In this document: positions 62,516 through 64,000 of the stretch, piece by piece | How the letters are laid out: every line of letters begins with the position of its first letter | Numbering within the stretch: the stretch's first letter is position 1 | NCBI GenBank assembly: GCA_031419715.1 | Contig: JANOLJ010000336.1 | Coordinates: 2,050-66,049, forward strand | DNA: 64,000 nucleotides | From: Burkholderiales bacterium | GTDB taxonomy: Bacteria > Pseudomonadota > Gammaproteobacteria > Burkholderiales > Burkholderiaceae_C | Direction of reading: 5' to 3' | The notes under the pieces: generated by a model | Databases searched by the model: none | What the model was told of the DNA's origin: nothing | Seen by the model: the letters and a program-made list of their open reading frames with translations, nothing else | Position numbers and translations under genes: made by a program

Positions 62516-63612
62516 GTCTGGCCACCACTTGCTCGGCGTGCGGCACGGTGTTCCGCGTCGTCCAGGACCAGCTCAAGGTTTCCGAAGGCTGGGTGCGTTG
62601 CGGGCGCTGCAATGAAGTGTTCAACGCGCTCGAAGGTCTGTTCGACCTCGACCGCGACACCGCGCCCGGGTCGTTGGGCGGCGAACTTGGCGAAGCCGTG
62701 CCGACGGTCAAGCCGCCACCCGCGGTGGCGCCATCAACGGCACCGCCAGCGCCCCGCGACGCCACCCGCGCGTCGGCGCCGCCGCCAGTGCCGCCGCCTT
62801 TGCCGAAGGCGCCGGCGACACCTACCCCAGCGGCGGCACCGAGCAAGGAGCCCGAGCAGGAGCGCCAGGATCCTTCGCTCGTCGATCGTTTCGGCCACGA
62901 GCTGTTTCCGGAACGCCCCGGCACCCGCAGCGGCGACCGGAACAGCCGCTTCACGGCCATGGAACCGCCCGACTTCAGCGGCTTTCGGCACGACTCGGAG
63001 TTGCCGGCCGATGACGACCTACCATCCCGGCCGCTCGACTCCGACCAGGCGTTCGAGGACAGCACGCCACCCCAGCACGGCAGCGCGGGCGCGCCGGAGT
63101 TTCTGCGCCACGCCGAGCAGCGGGAGCGCTGGAACCGGCCCGGGGTGCGCCTGCTGTTGTCGTTGATGTCGATGGGGTTGCTGATGCTGCTCGGGCTGCA
63201 GGCCATGCACCACTGGCGCGACACCGTCGCCGCGCGCTGGCCTGCGGCGCTGCCAGCGCTCGCCCAATGGTGCAGCCTGGTGTCGTGCACGATCGAGCCG
63301 GCGCGACGCCTTGACGACATCGCCCTCGAAAGCTCAGGCTTTACGCGCCTGGGCACGGCAGGTGCGAGCCCGGACCAGTTTCGCGTCTCCGTGGTGTTGC
63401 GCAACCGCGGCACGCTCGCGCTGGCGATGCCGTGGGTCGAGCTGAGCCTGACCGACGCGAGCGGCAACCTGCTCGTGCGCAAGGCGCTATCGCCCCAGGA
63501 CTTTCAGGCCGCGCGCGTGCTGGAGCCCGCGCGCGAGACGCCGCTGCAACTCGCCCTGGCCGCCGGCACACCGCTGGTGACCGGCTACACCGTCGAGATC
63601 TTCTATCCCTGA
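62512..63612 (+). CDS. zinc-ribbon (MJ0042-type) plus DUF3426 protein
   Basis: It has an N-terminal CSACGTVFRV..VRCGRCNEVF ribbon, a Pro/Ala-rich linker, one TM helix and a C-terminal DUF3426-like region. The ATG overlaps the prmA stop (ATGA). Confidence 0.75.
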   Translation: MSLATTCSACGTVFRVVQDQLKVSEGWVRCGRCNEVFNALEGLFDLDRDTAPGSLGGELGEAVPTVKPPPAVAPSTAPPAPRDATRASAPPPVPPPLPKAPATPTPAAAPSKEPEQERQDPSLVDRFGHELFPERPGTRSGDRNSRFTAMEPPDFSGFRHDSELPADDDLPSRPLDSDQAFEDSTPPQHGSAGAPEFLRHAEQRERWNRPGVRLLLSLMSMGLLMLLGLQAMHHWRDTVAARWPAALPALAQWCSLVSCTIEPARRLDDIALESSGFTRLGTAGASPDQFRVSVVLRNRGTLALAMPWVELSLTDASGNLLVRKALSPQDFQAARVLEPARETPLQLALAAGTPLVTGYTVEIFYP

Positions 63613-63661
63613 GCTTTGCCTTCGGCACCCGCTCGATTCACCCACCACCCTCGGAGCCTTC

Positions 63662-64000
63662 ATGGCGGCATTGATTTGCGGTTCACTCGCGTTCGACACG
63701 ATCACCACATTCCCGGGACGGTTTGCGCAGCAAATCCTGCCCGAGCAGGTGCACATCCTGAACGTGTCCTTCCTCGTGCCCACGCTGCGCCGGGAATTCG
63801 GCGGCTGCGCGGGCAACATCGCCTACACATTGGCCGCGCTCGGCGGCACGCCGCTGGTGATGGCGGCGATCGGCCAGGACGGATCGGGTTACCTCGACCG
63901 CCTGCGCTCCTGGGGCGCGAGCACCGAGTTCGTGCGGCCAGTGGCCGACAGCTACACCGCCCAGGCGATCATCATCACCGATCAAGACAACAACCAGATC
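63662..64000 (+). CDS. PfkB family carbohydrate/nucleoside kinase, 3'-truncated by window edge
   Basis: The frame is open from ATG 63662 to the window end. The translation MAALICGSLAFDTI..GGCAGNIAYTLAALGG is typical of ribokinase-like N-termini. It is absent from the ORF track because there is no stop in the window. Confidence 0.75.
   Translation, partial: MAALICGSLAFDTITTFPGRFAQQILPEQVHILNVSFLVPTLRREFGGCAGNIAYTLAALGGTPLVMAAIGQDGSGYLDRLRSWGASTEFVRPVADSYTAQAIIITDQDNNQI

Overview
This is a visibly high-GC proteobacterial chromosome segment. Its gene order (dusB-fis-purH, petABC beside sspAB, hisIE-HIT-tatABC, accBC-prmA-DUF3426, aspS-nudB, ubiJ-ubiB, DciA-M23-secA) looks like a Burkholderiales-type betaproteobacterial core region; that is inference from synteny, and no search was run. 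I call about 68 protein genes, one of them disrupted, plus one tRNA-Thr(UGU). I recognised no rRNA, CRISPR array, transposase, integrase, phage gene or known defence gene in the six-frame translations. Content is mostly housekeeping: glutamate/aspartate ABC transporter, AspRS, UbiB/UbiJ, SecA, cytochrome bc1, Tat, HisIE, ArgB, PurH, RuvC, AroE, MtgA, AccBC and PrmA. There is also a small 4-gene polysaccharide-type module (priming transferase, beta-barrel, GalE, ManC). I do not see a convincing novel multi-gene system. The most unusual items are sequence-level. (1) A roughly 310-bp segmented palindrome lies in the largest intergenic region (53134-53443). (2) An in-frame TAG splits a sodium:solute symporter. 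(3) Two short-unit tandem repeat arrays are present (12-mer x11 at 1357-1488 and 9-mer x4-5 at 19758-19802). (4) The argB 3' end carries a 25-bp duplication. Many long ORFs in the track are antisense shadow ORFs typical of high-GC DNA and were not called. Product calls rest on motifs I recognise by eye, and start codons are the least certain coordinates.
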